The notes under the pieces are model-generated. The model was not told where the DNA came from. It worked only from the letters and a program-made list of their open reading frames with translations, and made no database searches. A program made the position numbers and the translations under genes. From Eledone cirrhosa (lineage: Eukaryota), in the NCBI GenBank assembly GCA_964016885.1, contig OZ024745.1, positions 88,598,001 through 88,662,000 on the forward strand: a DNA stretch of 64,000 bases. The letters run 5' to 3'. Below, one piece after another: positions 26,259 through 39,925 of the stretch. Numbering within the stretch: position 1 is the stretch's first letter; every line of letters begins with the position of its first letter.

Positions 26259-29200
26259 GTTTCATTTATTGGCCGCAAGGGCCGACATATAGGGGAAAAT
26301 ACAAAAGACTGGGACAGTGGGGTTTTACAGAAAAATCGAGTAAACAGTATAAATAGCAATAACAAAGTAACGATAAAAATACAAGAAAAATTCCCCAATA
26401 GGGGGGATGACCGCCGAGGGTTGACTCAGGTACCCCACCAGTCCTGAATGACCCGACGCTTCGAGAGCACCTTGGAATGGCACCCCTCTCCTCCTCAAAT
26501 TTACCCACCTACAGGCGCATGACCAGAGTAGGCCCACTCACACAGGTCATTCTTGACACATTCATCCACCTGTCAGCAAATGTACTGGAGGACAGCACTT
26601 CTCTCTCCACCCTCACCTTCCTTTCCAAGTGAAACTTGACAAAGTTGATGAGGGATTGGCCGAAGAGAAAAGTGTCTATCTTTAGTCCTTTCAACCCCGT
26701 CCAACATACAACCTCTTTCGCTACTGCCACCAGACAGAGGAAAATGGCTTGCCCTTCTTGGCCAAAGGAAGGCGGCGGGTCGATCTTCACTATGGACTCG
26801 GCCGACAGCCGGATCCGTGCTACACGCGATAACAGCTGTTCGACATAACTCCACAAGTCAGTAATGCACGGACACTGGACGAGTGCGTGCAGAACGGTTT
26901 CATCGCTCTGCGCGGCTCTTGGGTAGGTCCGTCTGACAGCACTTCCGTGCCGGTAGAGTTTATCTCGAACCGGCAGTGCCCCCGGTAGCACTGCCATGCT
27001 AGGGCTTTTTGGAAATTATCCATTGTCCCCGGCTGGAAAGTCCTCCGGAACAGACTGGTTAGTTCGACTTCGTGGACGCCCAGAGTGTCTCCGAGTGCGT
27101 CGTCGCACTTGCCCACCACTAATCCTCTATAGAACTCGAGAGTGGAAGTTCCACTGACCGCATTGCCCGCCTGGTAGAGGGCAGTGAGTGCCTGGCAACA
27201 TTCCAGATGCCAGTCACCCAGTCTCGGTCTCTTCTTGACCCAGGAATGCAACTCAGTCAAAGAGACGAACTGCGGAACCGCCCGTCTGACAAACGGCGAC
27301 CACAACTGTTCACCGTTTAGGCAGAATACCTGGAGATTCCGCAGCCTCAGCGTGGGTCTGCGTATCAATAGCCACGGGATGCACAGCCCTCCACGCAGAG
27401 GGTGCTGGCAGCAGATGGACCGCCTCACCAGCGGAACCTGGCCCCCCCACTATAATTTGAAGAGGAGCCGCTCCAAGATGGCGAGGCGCGAACGGGGGCA
27501 AGGGACGACAGTCAGACGGTAGTAGATGACAGACGCGATGTACGCGTTCGCCACCTCCTCCCGACCTTTCAGTGATAGCTTCCTCCCAGCCCATTTGTGG
27601 GTGAGACTGGCTACCCTGCCCGTCACCTCGTCCCAATTCTTATCCACCTGGAGGTCTGACCCGAACCAAACCCCGAGCAACTTTACCCGTCCGTCCGTCC
27701 AGCGCCTAACGACGCTGTTAGACGGCATGGACTTGCCTCTCCAGGTGCCGAGTTTTCCTGGTTAAGTTTTGCTCCCGTCAACCTTTCATATTCCTCCAAT
27801 AAGTTGCCGACCACCTTGATTTGTGAGGTGTCCGACACCATCACGGTGATGTCGTCCGCATAAGCCGACACAGCCTTCCTGCGTGCCGGTTCGAGTGGGA
27901 TGCCCTGCAACAGCTCCAGCTTCCGCAGTAAAGGCTCGAGAGTCAAAACGTACAGAAGGGAGGAGATAGGACACCCTTGACAGACCGATCGAGAGACCTG
28001 AAACGGTTCCGAGAGGTGGCCATTAACTTTGACCACCGAGCGTGTGCCGCTGTGCATTGCAGCAATCCAGCTTCTGAAGACAGGGCCGAAGCCAGCTGCT
28101 TTGAGGACAAACTCCAGATACCGATTGTCGACCCTATCGAATGCTTTCGATAGATCTAAATTGAACAGTGCCCCACCGAAGCCAGGTTTAAACCCTACCC
28201 TGTCTATGATGTATCGCATCAGGTGGAGATGGTCGTGTATGGACCTGGCTGGGATTACACAAGTTTGCGTCTCACCAACCAAATCCTCGACGACAAGCGC
28301 CAATCTCTTTGCTAACACCTTGGCCTAAATCTTAAACTCTGTGTTGTGCAGAGTTATGGGCCTGAAGTTGTCTAAGGTATCCCTCTTGTTCTCGTTTTTC
28401 ATTATCAGCGTCACCACTCCCCCACACACAGAACTGGGAATACTCCCATTCTGCTGCCTGTTGCAGTAGAGTGCTTTGAGGACATCGGAGAACAAGTCTG
28501 GCATATTTACGTAAAACTCATAGGGCAGGCCATCCAAACCGGGTGACTTGCGCCTCATGCAGCTGACAAGGGCGTCCTGAATTTCAGCTGAAGTAATCGG
28601 CCTTTTGCAGCGCTCAGCGTCGCCCGTCGAGATGTGCGGCAATCCGTCAAGGTAGGGACTCAATTCCGCTACTCTCACTAACTCGCTACTCTCCCCGAAC
28701 AACCGCGCAATGTGCTGGCGAAAGGCCTCACACATCAGCTTGGAATCGCTTATCTCGTGTCCGTGTCTGTCCGTCAAAGACCGAATTGTGGTTTTATTAC
28801 CACGCTGCGCCTCTGCCACGCGGGCCCATCGAACAGCTTTGGTTCCTTCGTTTCTCAGCGCACGCGCATTAGCTCTGACAATGCAACCTTCGTATTTCGC
28901 ATTGAAGAAATGGTCTAATGCCATTGAAGAAATGGTCTAATGCACGTCAGTTACAATGCCACTACAAATAGCCTCGTCTAACTTAACTACCAGCTCCCCC
29001 TCCTTTCTATCTATTTTCCTAATGAAGATCCTGTCTATATACGATCTAGATGACTCTATGCGGTTGGTCCACGTCCACGCTGGCACATTGGTGAAATCTA
29101 GTCGATACCTGTCAGACAGTTGGAACTGGCTGATTGGGTGTTTGAGGCTTTTGCACCACCCGCTCCAATCAGCTACTCTCACATAATCCCAGAGTGTGTC

Positions 29201-31350
29201 TAAGATGGCGTTCCAGTCCCCCGCTAATAGTAGAGGGCGAGACGTACCCAGAAATGTTTCCAGGCGCCTAAAGAAGTCCGGTCATCCGGCCCCAGTAGGG
29301 GCGTAGACGGCCAGCAGTCTAAAGTCACCACCTTCGCTACTGCTCACATCCAAGACCACCAACTTACCATCCGGGTCCCGGAAGATCGACCTTACATCGA
29401 GATCCATCCTTTCCTAAACAGCACTGCCACTCCACTTCCAATCCCCGGCCTGATAATAGATGCGAAGATCTGATATCGTCGAAAGTGTGGGATAGTGCGT
29501 GCGTGTCGGAAATCCTGGTCTCGCTGACGGCAATCACATCCATTTCCGGAGACCTGAGGTCGTTTAGTAGGCGACTCTGCTTCCAGGGTGACCCCAGGCC
29601 GCAAACATTTAAACTTCCTACTCTTAATATGGCCATATTGGCAAGCTAAAAGAGAGAGGGAAGGTTTACTTAGGTCGGGTGGTTCGACCTCCATGGTTGG
29701 TGGGGTTTCTTTTGGGAACCCCTTTAAAAGTCTTGATGTGGGATTTACGTTCGGGGTACCCACGCCTTTAGAAAAGCTCTCTCGAATTTCTTTGTAGGGA
29801 TTGTGCGACATTCGCACCAGAAGCAAATCTTCTGGCACGCAAAATGTATTCAATTCAAAAATCTCCCCCTCTGTTTGGATGTCCTCGCTTCGTGCTAAGA
29901 GGGCCATCAATTTATCGTTGGCCCTTCTGACAAGCACGAAGTTTTAAATGTTTTGTTGGTGTGGTTTTATTTGTTTTCGTTTTGGTGACTGTGGTGGTGA
30001 TGGATTTTATGGTGTTGTTTCGGGTATGTCTGTGTTTGTTGTAGGTGTGCTGTCTGCATATTCAGGTGTCTGTGTGTTTATTTGTTCTTGTGTTTGTTTA
30101 GGTTGTTTGCGTTTCGGGGATTGTAGGGGTGGTGTTGATGTTGGTGTTATTGGGGAAGGGTTTGCGTTAGTGATGTCTGTATTTTTTGTTGTGTATGTTT
30201 TTGTGTTTTGTTGGGGCTTTTTTTTTGGTGAGTTTTCTCTTTTGTTTTTTTGGCAGTTTTGCGTTTTCTTTCATCTTCACTGCTGGAAGACAAAGGGTTC
30301 TGTGGCTGTGAGTGTATCTGTGTCTGTGTTTGCATTTATTGTTTGTCTATGTGTATAATTGGAGGGGTAGGGGTGGGATAGCTTTCCTCGTTTTCCCCTT
30401 GGATTGGTTTCGTTGCTGGTGGTGGTCCGACTGTTTTTGATGTTGGTGGGGTTACCCGTGCCATTGTTGGTGTTGTTTTTGGTGGTGGTGCAGCTTTCCG
30501 TACTGACACTGGTGTTTGCAACAAAGGAGGTTTGCGACCCTCTGCATTTCTGAGCTGAGGGCAGAAGGCTTGCAGATGCGTTGCTTCCTCGCAGACGAAA
30601 CAGTGCGGCCTTCCTCCCGGAGCAATACATTGGATTGTTGTCCCGTCCTGCAGGCTGGCAAAATCCGGTATGTTGTTGATGTCTTCTGGTTTCATTTGGA
30701 GAGAAATCTCCAAATCTATTCCGGAGCAGTCTTCTCTCTCTGTTCTTTTGATATCCAGGAGTGTAGTGACTGTCTCCTCCTCGATTACGCATCCCAGGAG
30801 CCACCATATGTTCATTCCTGTTGGGATCCTGGGAATGCGGTCCTTTACTGTCCTTTTTCCCATGTAGGACTGGTGCATGACAATGCGTTCCGTTCTGCAG
30901 GAGGTCACCGAGTGCTTAATAGCAAGGGCCTCGGTTTTGAAAAGTACCGAGATGGTACCGAACTGCTTGGCCCTTGCTTTATACACTATGTCACTTCCGA
31001 TGCACTTCAAAGCAGCCTCGACCTCTGCCTGGCTGGCTAGTTCCACTTTGCGTGTCTGCACTGAAATGCATCGAAAGTATACCGTCCTTATTTGCATGGC
31101 CGTTATTGCCCGTTCTGGGATTGTCAGGTTTGCCCAGGACTTCACCCTTTTAATTAACCTCTACACCTGGGCCAACTGTTCGTCTTTATCGCTATATCAA
31201 TATTCAATAAGCACTTTGTTTTCGCTGCTGCTGCAAAGGTGGTGCTTCTGTTGCTCATGTTGTTGGTGTTCTCGTTCTTGTTGTTGTTGTTGGTGTTGCT
31301 GTTGTTGTTTTGTTTGTTCTTTCTGTTGCCACCGCCATCCATGTTTATAT
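26259..31350 (-). mobile_element. L1/Tx1-type non-LTR retrotransposon, near full length, decayed
   Basis: ORF1 with CFVCEEATHLQAFC knuckle; ORF2 from 29636: GSLNVCGL/VSETR/GDWNA/SYIDRI (APE), KSPGLDGLP/NFRPITL/LDLSKAFDRV/QGCPIS/AYADD (RT), ETVLHALVQC; aataaa near 26270. Confidence 0.95.
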
Positions 31351-31456
31351 TGAGGCTGTCGGTGTTATTGTCGTTGATGTCATGGTGGTGGTGATGTCGT
31401 TTTGAGATGATGCTGTTACTATCACAGAAGGGAGTCAGACATGTCTGTAGTAGTAT

Positions 31457-31504
<48 letters not shown>

Positions 31505-31647
31505 ATGTGGTGAGATGTTTTTGAACTTTTGACCTGAACGTTGTTTACCGTTTCAAGGTCGAAAATTTCCATTTTTTTTTTAGGGGTGGGTGTGTGTGTG
31601 TATTTGGGGCGATTTTTTTTTTTTCGAAGCTTTTAAAAATAAATCTG

Positions 31648-31674
31648 AATATTCGGGCTTAAAGCCCGAATATT
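31648..31674. repeat. Short hairpin, 13-bp arms
   Basis: aatattcgggctt-a-aagcccgaatatt. Confidence 0.85.
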
Positions 31675-32011
31675 GAGAGGTCTCCCAAACTTGGAACCAA
31701 TGCTTCGTCAACGGCAAGAAAATACAAAAAAGGATACTTTAAAACAGCTTAAAGTTATGAACCTATTCCCCCGCAGACTTGTACGTCTTCATATTATATA
31801 TATATATACATACCTGCGTGTTTGTACCTGCCTGCACGACAGATGTGCGCGCCAATACGTGCACGTGACTGAAGGTGTTACTAATTATTTTCTCATGCCT
31901 CACATGTGAGACGCTCACCTTCTAATTAGATATAAAAAATGACAGTACATTTAATACAGGAAGATATTTGCAAGTTTATGTTAATGTTGTTGTTGTACAT
32001 GTTGTTGCTAC

Positions 32012-32044
<33 letters not shown>

Positions 32045-32092
32045 CGTTGCTGTTATTATTGTTGTAGTTTCTGCTGCTGTTGCTATTAATAT

Positions 32093-32127
<35 letters not shown>

Positions 32128-32460
32128 CTGTTATTGCTGTTGTCAATGGTGCTTCTGTTCCCGCTGATGCTGTTGCTGTTGTTGCCGTTGTTGTTGATTT
32201 TTGCTGTTGTTGCTGTTGTTGTTGCTGTTGTTGTTGCTGTTGTTGTTATTGTTGGTGCTATTGCTGCTGTTGTTGTTGCTGTTTTGTTGTTGCTGTTGTT
32301 GCTCTGCTGTTTCTGTTGTTTCTATTATTGTTGTCGTTGCCGTTGTTGTTGATGTTCTGGCTGCTGTCATTGTGATTGCTGTTGTTTTCTTAGAAAGGTA
32401 GGCAGGCTCTCGATATATTTCACACCCACGGCTGGACGAATACAAAAGTAATTTAAAACG

Positions 32461-32626
32461 AAGATAGAACTAAACATGTTAGTATTACTGGGCTATTAAC
32501 AGAGAAGATAGAACTAAACATGTTAGTATTGCTGGGCTATTAACAGAGAAGATAGAACTAAACATGTTAGTTTTGTTGAGTTATTAACAGAGAAGATAGA
32601 ACTAAACATGTTAGTTATTAACAGAG
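32461..32626 (+). repeat. 44-bp minisatellite, 4 units (last with deletion)
   Basis: aagatagaactaaacatgttag..tattaacagag at 32461, 32505, 32549 and 32593. Confidence 0.92.
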
Positions 32627-32745
32627 AATGTTTAACTTGTCATAGTTACGCTCTCTTTTTTTATTTTCTTATTCATTCCTGATTTCGCTTATGTGTGTAT
32701 GTATTTATGTATGTATGTAAGTATGTATGTATATATGTATGTACA

Positions 32746-32937
32746 TAGGAAAAAGTATGATCCCGACGGCAGAGCTCAAGCCGTTTCGACAGCTATTTCT
32801 GTCCAGAAATAGCTGTCGAAACGGTTTGAGCTCTGCCGTCGGGGTCATACTTTGTCCTATTTCCCACTCCACTACCCTAAGTATTGAGTACTCTGGTGCG
32901 TTATGGTCCATCTGGTTCCTTACCACAATTCCTTTAT
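32746..32937. repeat. Fold-back element, family F
   Basis: Apex at about 32801-32804; arms about 56 bp; long arm on the right. Confidence 0.92.
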
Positions 32938-33229
32938 TATGTATGTACATATGTATATATGTGTATATGTATGTATGAGTATATGTATGTATTTATGCAA
33001 GTATGTGTATGTATGTATGTACGAGTATGTATGTATGTATATATGTATATATGTGTATATGTATGTATGTATGGATATATATGTATGCATATATATGTTA
33101 GTATATGTAGTATGTATGAATATATGTATGTATGCATGTATGTATGCATGAATATATGTATGTATGTATGAATATAGGAGTATATGTATGTTTGTATGTA
33201 TGTATAAATCTGAGTATATGTATGTATGG

Positions 33230-35537
33230 ATGTTCTTCGGGTTTTATAATTTCACAAATTTTTTCCCAATAGAGAGAGAGTCGGTTTCTAACATAGACAC
33301 AAGACTCTCTCATTGGAATTTACACAACATCAACTAGGTAGATTATGTATGCATGCATGCATGTGTAGATATGAATGTTATTGTATGTGTGGATGTGTAT
33401 ATTTTGAGTTATATGTGTGCATGTGTATATGCTTCGTATCTGTACATGTGTATATGCAGTTATTAGATGCAACATTTTTGGAATGTTTTACATATTTTTT
33501 ACTGTTCTGAATTGTACTTGTAATTTCCTAACTAGTTGTGTGCTTTCTGTTCCTGTGAAGCCCAGCTTCTCAAGATTTGTATTGAGACAGTTACTAAAAT
33601 ACCCCAGTTCCCCAATAATCACAGGCAAAAATCTGAAGGTGTAATCAGGGTGGAATATCTGCAGATTTCTCATTAGTTCTGCATAAATATTCTCTTTTTC
33701 GCTAATCTTCGATATTATACTGGCATCTGATGGGCAGCTAATTTCCACTACTGTGCATGCTTTCTTCTCCCTGTCCCATATCATAATATCTGGTTTGTTA
33801 TGCCTGCATTTTATTGGGGTTTTTACTGGAACATTCCACCAGTACTCTTTCATATTATGTACGTGGATGTCTTCCCCATTGCTGTAGATTTTAATGTGTT
33901 TATTATCGGGGCTATCTTTTTTACAAACTGCATCTGTTTTATGCAGATAGACTTGCTCGAGAGATGGCCTCCAACGCTTCGAGGTTCGTAGATGTCGGAG
34001 GGATATGATGCGACATTCAAATGCTGTCTGGACTGATGTTAGACCTCTGCCTCCCTGGTTACGTTTCAAGTAAAGGCGGTCTATATTAATGTTGATGTGG
34101 AAGTTTCCGGTGTTGTTTAGTATTTTTCGAGTTCCAATATCAACTGCTCTGAGTTCGTCTATCTTTCAATTGAGTATTCCAAACGTTGGTGTTAGGACAG
34201 GCACAGCAAACACATCGTGAGCCACTGTTTTGTTTTGCACAGAGAGTTCCGATGACCAAATCGTTCTTAATCGGGTGTAGTATTGCCTGGTTACGCATTC
34301 CTTATTACAGATACCATTATAGGATATGTTCTCATCTATCCCCAGTATCTGTAGCAGTCCTCATCAGATATCGGTGAAACAGTTAGGCCATTGATGACAA
34401 TGTTGCTAGATTGGGTTGTTGTTTTTCCCCGCTTTACAGTCATATATAAGCATTTATCTTGGCCAAACTCCATTCCTATATCCTTTGAGAACGTTGTAAC
34501 CAGGTAAAGATTTTTCTTCATCCCATGCATGTTCTTGGCATAGTTTCAGATCATCCACAAAGAAATTATGGGTTAGGTTCGTATTTCTGTCCTCCTGTGA
34601 GCCAATGTATCCTTCACATTTCTTGAGCAGAAAGGACAAGGGGTTTAATGACAGGATGAATAATATCGCAGAGAGACTGTCTTCCTGAAATATACCCCTG
34701 CGATATTTTATTTAATCAGTGAAAATAGAGTCCTCCTTCTCTGTCTTTAACCTTAGGATAGTAGCCCAAGAAGAAGACAGCTTCTTTATGGCTCTGACAA
34801 TAATGTCTGGGACTTTAGCAAGTTGGAGGGTCTCTATCATCCTAGAGTGGGGAACAGAATTGAAAGCTTTCCTGTAGTCCAGCCAGACTGTAGCCACATT
34901 CCTCCTAAGTTGTCGCACCTCCGACGTCGAAGTTTTGTTGATTAGTCGTTCAGCACACCCCCAAACCCCTTTATTTCCAGCTGCTTGTTCATCTGTGATG
35001 GTGTTATTATTTTCAGTGATCTTGGAGGAATAGGTTCAGGCAGACTGTATACATTCTTATACATCATGTTCTGGCATGCAATGGGTCAGTAGTTTTTTGC
35101 CAAGTGGGTGTCTTTGTTCTTGGGGACCAGTAATGTTTGTGCTAATGTCGACCATTCTGGTATAAGTGTATCTCCCTTAAGAACTTGTTGGTAGAGGTCA
35201 GTAAGATACCTCCGATAGAATATCAGTTTTTTGTACCAGTAGCCGACAATCATGTCTCTTCCTGGTGATTTCTTATCTTGGAGTTTTCCTATCACAGTCT
35301 CAAGGGTACCCTCACTTATTTCGTATGTTTTTGTTGTAGTGTAGGAGCAATAGTTCTTTCGGATTTCTCTTAGCCACACTGCATATTGGTTGAAATTCTT
35401 CTTTTCACCCAATATTTTGCTCCAAAAGGAATCTATGTCTTTCTGGGATGGGGCCTCAATGACACTTATTATTTTGTTCTTCATATCTCTATAGACTGAT
35501 GTTTGGTTTCGTCTGAATCTTTTATTAAGCACTTTTC
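33230..35537 (-). pseudogene. R4/Dong-type RLE non-LTR retrotransposon, 5'-truncated and internally deleted
   Basis: KSPGRDMIVGYWYK, WLDYRKAFNSVPH, THNFFVDDLKL, DIGMEFGQDKC, KRNQGGRGL, NKPDIMIWD..CTVVEISCP (PD..D/E RLE); the CCHC region is missing. Confidence 0.88.
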
Positions 35538-37097
35538 TCTCATGTATATATGAGTATATGTACGTATATATAAGTATATGTATGAGTTTATGTATATGCG
35601 TAGGTGTGCATGTGAATTTTGTGTGTAATTGTGTGTCCCTGTATGTGTATATGTGTGTGCGTGTTGCGTTTCTGTATTTATGAGTATATGTATGTACATG
35701 TACATGTGTATGTATGTATGTATTTATTTTGTGTGTACTTGTGAGACTCAGTATGTGTATGTATGCGCGTGTGTATAAGTATATATATATGTATATGCGT
35801 ATGTTAGCGTGTATTTTGTATGTACTTGTCAGTCTTTCTGTGTGCGTGTGTCATGTGTGTGTGTGTGTCGTGTGTGTGTGTGTATGTGAGTGTGTGTATG
35901 TGTATGTGTATGTGTATTTGTATGAGTGCATGTGTGTGTGTGCACCTGTGCGCGCATTTGTGTCTGTCTGTTTGTGTGTGTCTGTGTTTGATGTGTGTGT
36001 GGGCATATGTGTATATATGTATGTGTGTGAGTTTGTGTGTATGTTTGATGTGTGTGCATGTGTGCGCGCATTTGTGTGTGTGTGTGTATGTGTTTGCGCG
36101 TGTTTGTATATGTGTGTATTTGTATGAGTGCATATGTGTGTGTGTGTGTGTGCATGTGTGTGTATATGTGCATGTGTGTGTAGGTGTGTGTGTATGTATG
36201 TGTGCGTGTGTGTGTGTGTGTGTGTGTATGTGCGTGTGTCTGTGTGTGTGTGTGTGTGAGTGTGTGTGTCTCTGTGTGTGTGTGTGTGTGCGGGTGTTTG
36301 CGAGCAGCATACTCCGTTATTCTCTAAATTTGGCCTGTTTAATTTCTTTAAATCTTCTGAACCCTAAAAGACCTGGTAACAGTTTCAGGGAGACATTTGT
36401 CTGAGGCCCCGGTGACCCAGCTCTCTCAACCTAACACTATCGTAATAACAACATCAATAATAACTATTATACTCACAACCACTATTACCACCACGACCAA
36501 CAACAACAACAACCACCACTACCACCACCACCAACAACAACAACAACAACAACACTACCAACACCACCACAATCACCACTACCAACATGACCAACATCAA
36601 CAACAAATTACACTGAACCAGCCCAACATCCACCTTTAATTGCTCACCCCCATTCACACACACATGCACACACTTACTGACAGAGACACGTACATCTACA
36701 CACACACACACACACACAGACACACACAGATGCAGATATATACATATACATACACACGTACACACATAGATGCACAGATACACACCTATACACACGCACA
36801 CACACTCACATGCGGAAACAGATAACACAGATACACACACATAAACACAGATATACGCACACAGAAAAACACTCACCCACCCATCCAACACACACACACA
36901 CACATTCACACAAATAATCAATCAATCGGGTATTATTGACGTTTATATGGATAATAAAACTGTTAAAGACCATCATGGAAGTGAAGCGATAAAACTAATG
37001 ATTCTAATGTTGATTTACTACTACTACTACTACTACTACTGCTGCTGCTCCTGCTACTGCTGCTGCTACTACTACTACTACTACTACTACTATTACA

Positions 37098-37128
<31 letters not shown>

Positions 37129-38539
37129 GTAGTAGTAGCATTAGTAGTGCTGCAGCTACTGCTGCTGCTGCTGGTATCTATTACAATGTTATCTAGAAAT
37201 AAACCAGTTTCTACATATTCGCTAGATCTGCTAGAAATAAGAGCGAAATCTCACCTTAAATCACGCCCTATCATTTTAAATATGGAAAAGATATATTGGA
37301 TACTTCAGCCCCCACATGTCCAAGAGCCTTGTTTCAGAGGGGTACCAGGGGACAAGTCCCCCCCCCCCCCACACCACTTTTTCAAACTTTTTATTTTTTG
37401 TTTATTTGATATAATAAATTCTTTTTAAGCTTATATTTTTATATCTGATCTTCATTTGAATATATAAAATTTGATTAGCGTAACATTTTACTTATGTGAA
37501 AGGGTCCGGGAAAGGCACCATAAGCAATTTATGTTCCTTTAAGAATCAAAAATGTTGGTTTGTCCCATTTTTAAGGCAGAAAAGGTAAAAATCATGGCTA
37601 GAATATTTTTGATTATAGTTCTACTTTATTAGAGCTGACTTTAAGATAAATATGAATAAAAACAACAACAGCAAAAACAAGAACAATAATGATAGTGAAG
37701 TTTGACCTTGCCATAACGGTGAATATTTCCAGTGAGATATTCAGTAGATTGTTTCACTAGTACTTGGTATTTTATTTTATTATTTTCATTAGATACTGGT
37801 GTTTTATTTCATTATGAATAAGAAAATATTGAAAAGAAACAACAACAAAATGAATACATAAATAAATCCGTTACACTCTGTCCCTGAATGTTAAGGGAAG
37901 AAATAGGTGTGTTTTTTCCGATATTTTGCCGTTTATACTATTTCCTGCAAGGGAGCGATTTGAGAGAATCCCTAGGGTATCGGATTAAGAATACTGTTCT
38001 GGTTTTCGAATTTTACCCTGGTCAACTTTGCCTTTTATTGTTTTGAGTTCCATAAAGAAAGCATCAGTCTTCAAGGTAGTGCCCCCCCCCCCCCTTCCAC
38101 ACCTCTATCTCTTTTCCTTCTCTTTCTCTCTCTTGAGTTCCGGCAAACCTACAATTCTATCAGTTGCTCAATGCCCTTTTATTTTTTTTTTTTCATGTTC
38201 TTTCGGGGTCTTATTTCACAACACCTGATGTATTGGCATACAGCGTTTCCTGGGCATCTTTTAAAGCTTGGCGGAGCCCAACAATCTCCAGGCCTAAATG
38301 CCCTTTATCTACCTACTATTCACTGCCACTAGCAGTAAATCACACCCTAGCAGTAAAACGACTGGTGTGTGGAGGGAACAGTCGAATATATAATATCTAG
38401 TACTTGACTGATTCGTAGTTTTATTGAAGTCGGAATAATAAAATGTAAAATCGACCGCCTCGGGATTCGAACTCAGAAAGTGAAGAACCCAAATAAATGC
38501 CGCAACGTATTTTATCAGACGCTCTGTCAACCCAATAAT

Positions 38540-39325
38540 AATTATTATTTCTATTTTAGGCACAAAGCCAGAAATTTGAAGGGGAGGGGAAAGTCGATTA
38601 AATCGACCCCATTGCATTACTTGTGCTTTATTTTATCGACCCTGTAATGATGAAAAGCAAATTAACCTCTGCGGAATTTAAAATAGTAATAAAAATAATG
38701 ATTTCTACTACATGCATAAGGCCAGAAATTTGGGGAAGGGTAATTCGATTAAATCGACCCCAGAACGTTACTGGCACTTTATTTTATCGATCCCGTAAGG
38801 ATAAAAGTCAAAGTTAAACTCTCCGGGATTTGAAATAATAATGTTTTCTGAATTAAGCACAAGCAAAACAATTTTGTTTTGAAGGGGGGGGGGGGGGGGG
38901 TCGACCAAATCGACATCAGTACGTTACTGGTACTTTATTTAATCGACCTTGTAAGGATGAAAGGCAAAGCTAACCCCGGCAGGATTTGAAATAATAATAA
39001 TGATGGTTTCTGATTTAGGCACAAGGCTAGCAATTTGAAGGGAAGAGGAGAGTTGATCAAATCGACCCCAGTTCTTACTGGTACTTTATTTTATCGACCT
39101 CGTAAAAATGAAATTTAAGGCTAACCTTGGCGGGATTTGAAATAATAATGATCATGTTTTATATTTTTGGCACAAGGCCAGCAATTATCCCAGTGCATTA
39201 CATGTATTTTATTTTATCGACCCCGTAAAAATGAAAGCAAAGTTAACCTCGGCTGAATTTGAACTCAGACCCTAAAAGGCCGTAACCCATGCTGCGAAGC
39301 ATGCCGTCAGGCCCTCTACCGATAC
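38540..39325 (-). repeat. Head-to-tail array of five SINE S1 units
   Basis: Tails at about 38545, 38700, 38843, 39005 and 39155; four units begin at the B box. Confidence 0.88.
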
Positions 39326-39604
39326 ATAACTAAGGGCAATTACATAGATTGCCATTGATACATTGATTGCCATTGATAATTGCATGAGACGTAAAATAAT
39401 CTGTTGGGTGTTACAGAAAGACATATACGCATAAACAAGCCCAGAGGATGTTACAAAAAGAAAGTAATTCGAAAAATATGTCCAAAAATAAAGATACATA
39501 ATAAATAGTTGATTATGTCCGTGGATCATCCACTACGTTTCCATGTAACAGTTCGACTTGTTAGAAGCAGTAGCTAAATCTTCAAGCCACACTCTTAAAT
39601 TATA

Positions 39605-39925
39605 TAATTGTTTCTACTTTTGGCACAAGGCCAGCAATTACCCAGTACATTACTGGTACTTTATTTTATCGGCGGGATTTGAACTCAGGTCTTAAATGGA
39701 CGTAACTATGCTGGAAAGCATGTCTTAAATAATATAATTGTTTCTACTTTAGGCACAAGGCCAGCAATTACCCAGTGCATTAGCGGTACTTTATTTTATC
39801 GACCTCGTAAGGATGAAAGGCAAAGTCAACCTCGGCGGGATTTGAACTCAGATCGTAAAGGGACGTAACTATGCTAGAAAGCATGGCGTCCGACCCTCTG
39901 CCGATACTGCCAATCCACCGCCTTG
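39605..39925 (-). mobile_element. Two tandem SINE S1 copies separated and flanked by the same target sequence
   Basis: tcttaaa(t/a)..tataat at about 39593, 39723 and 39930. Confidence 0.85.

Noticed and set aside
32461-32626. CRISPR-like repeat with internal palindrome
   Set aside because: Intervening segments are near-identical rather than unique spacers; eukaryotic context; no cas genes.
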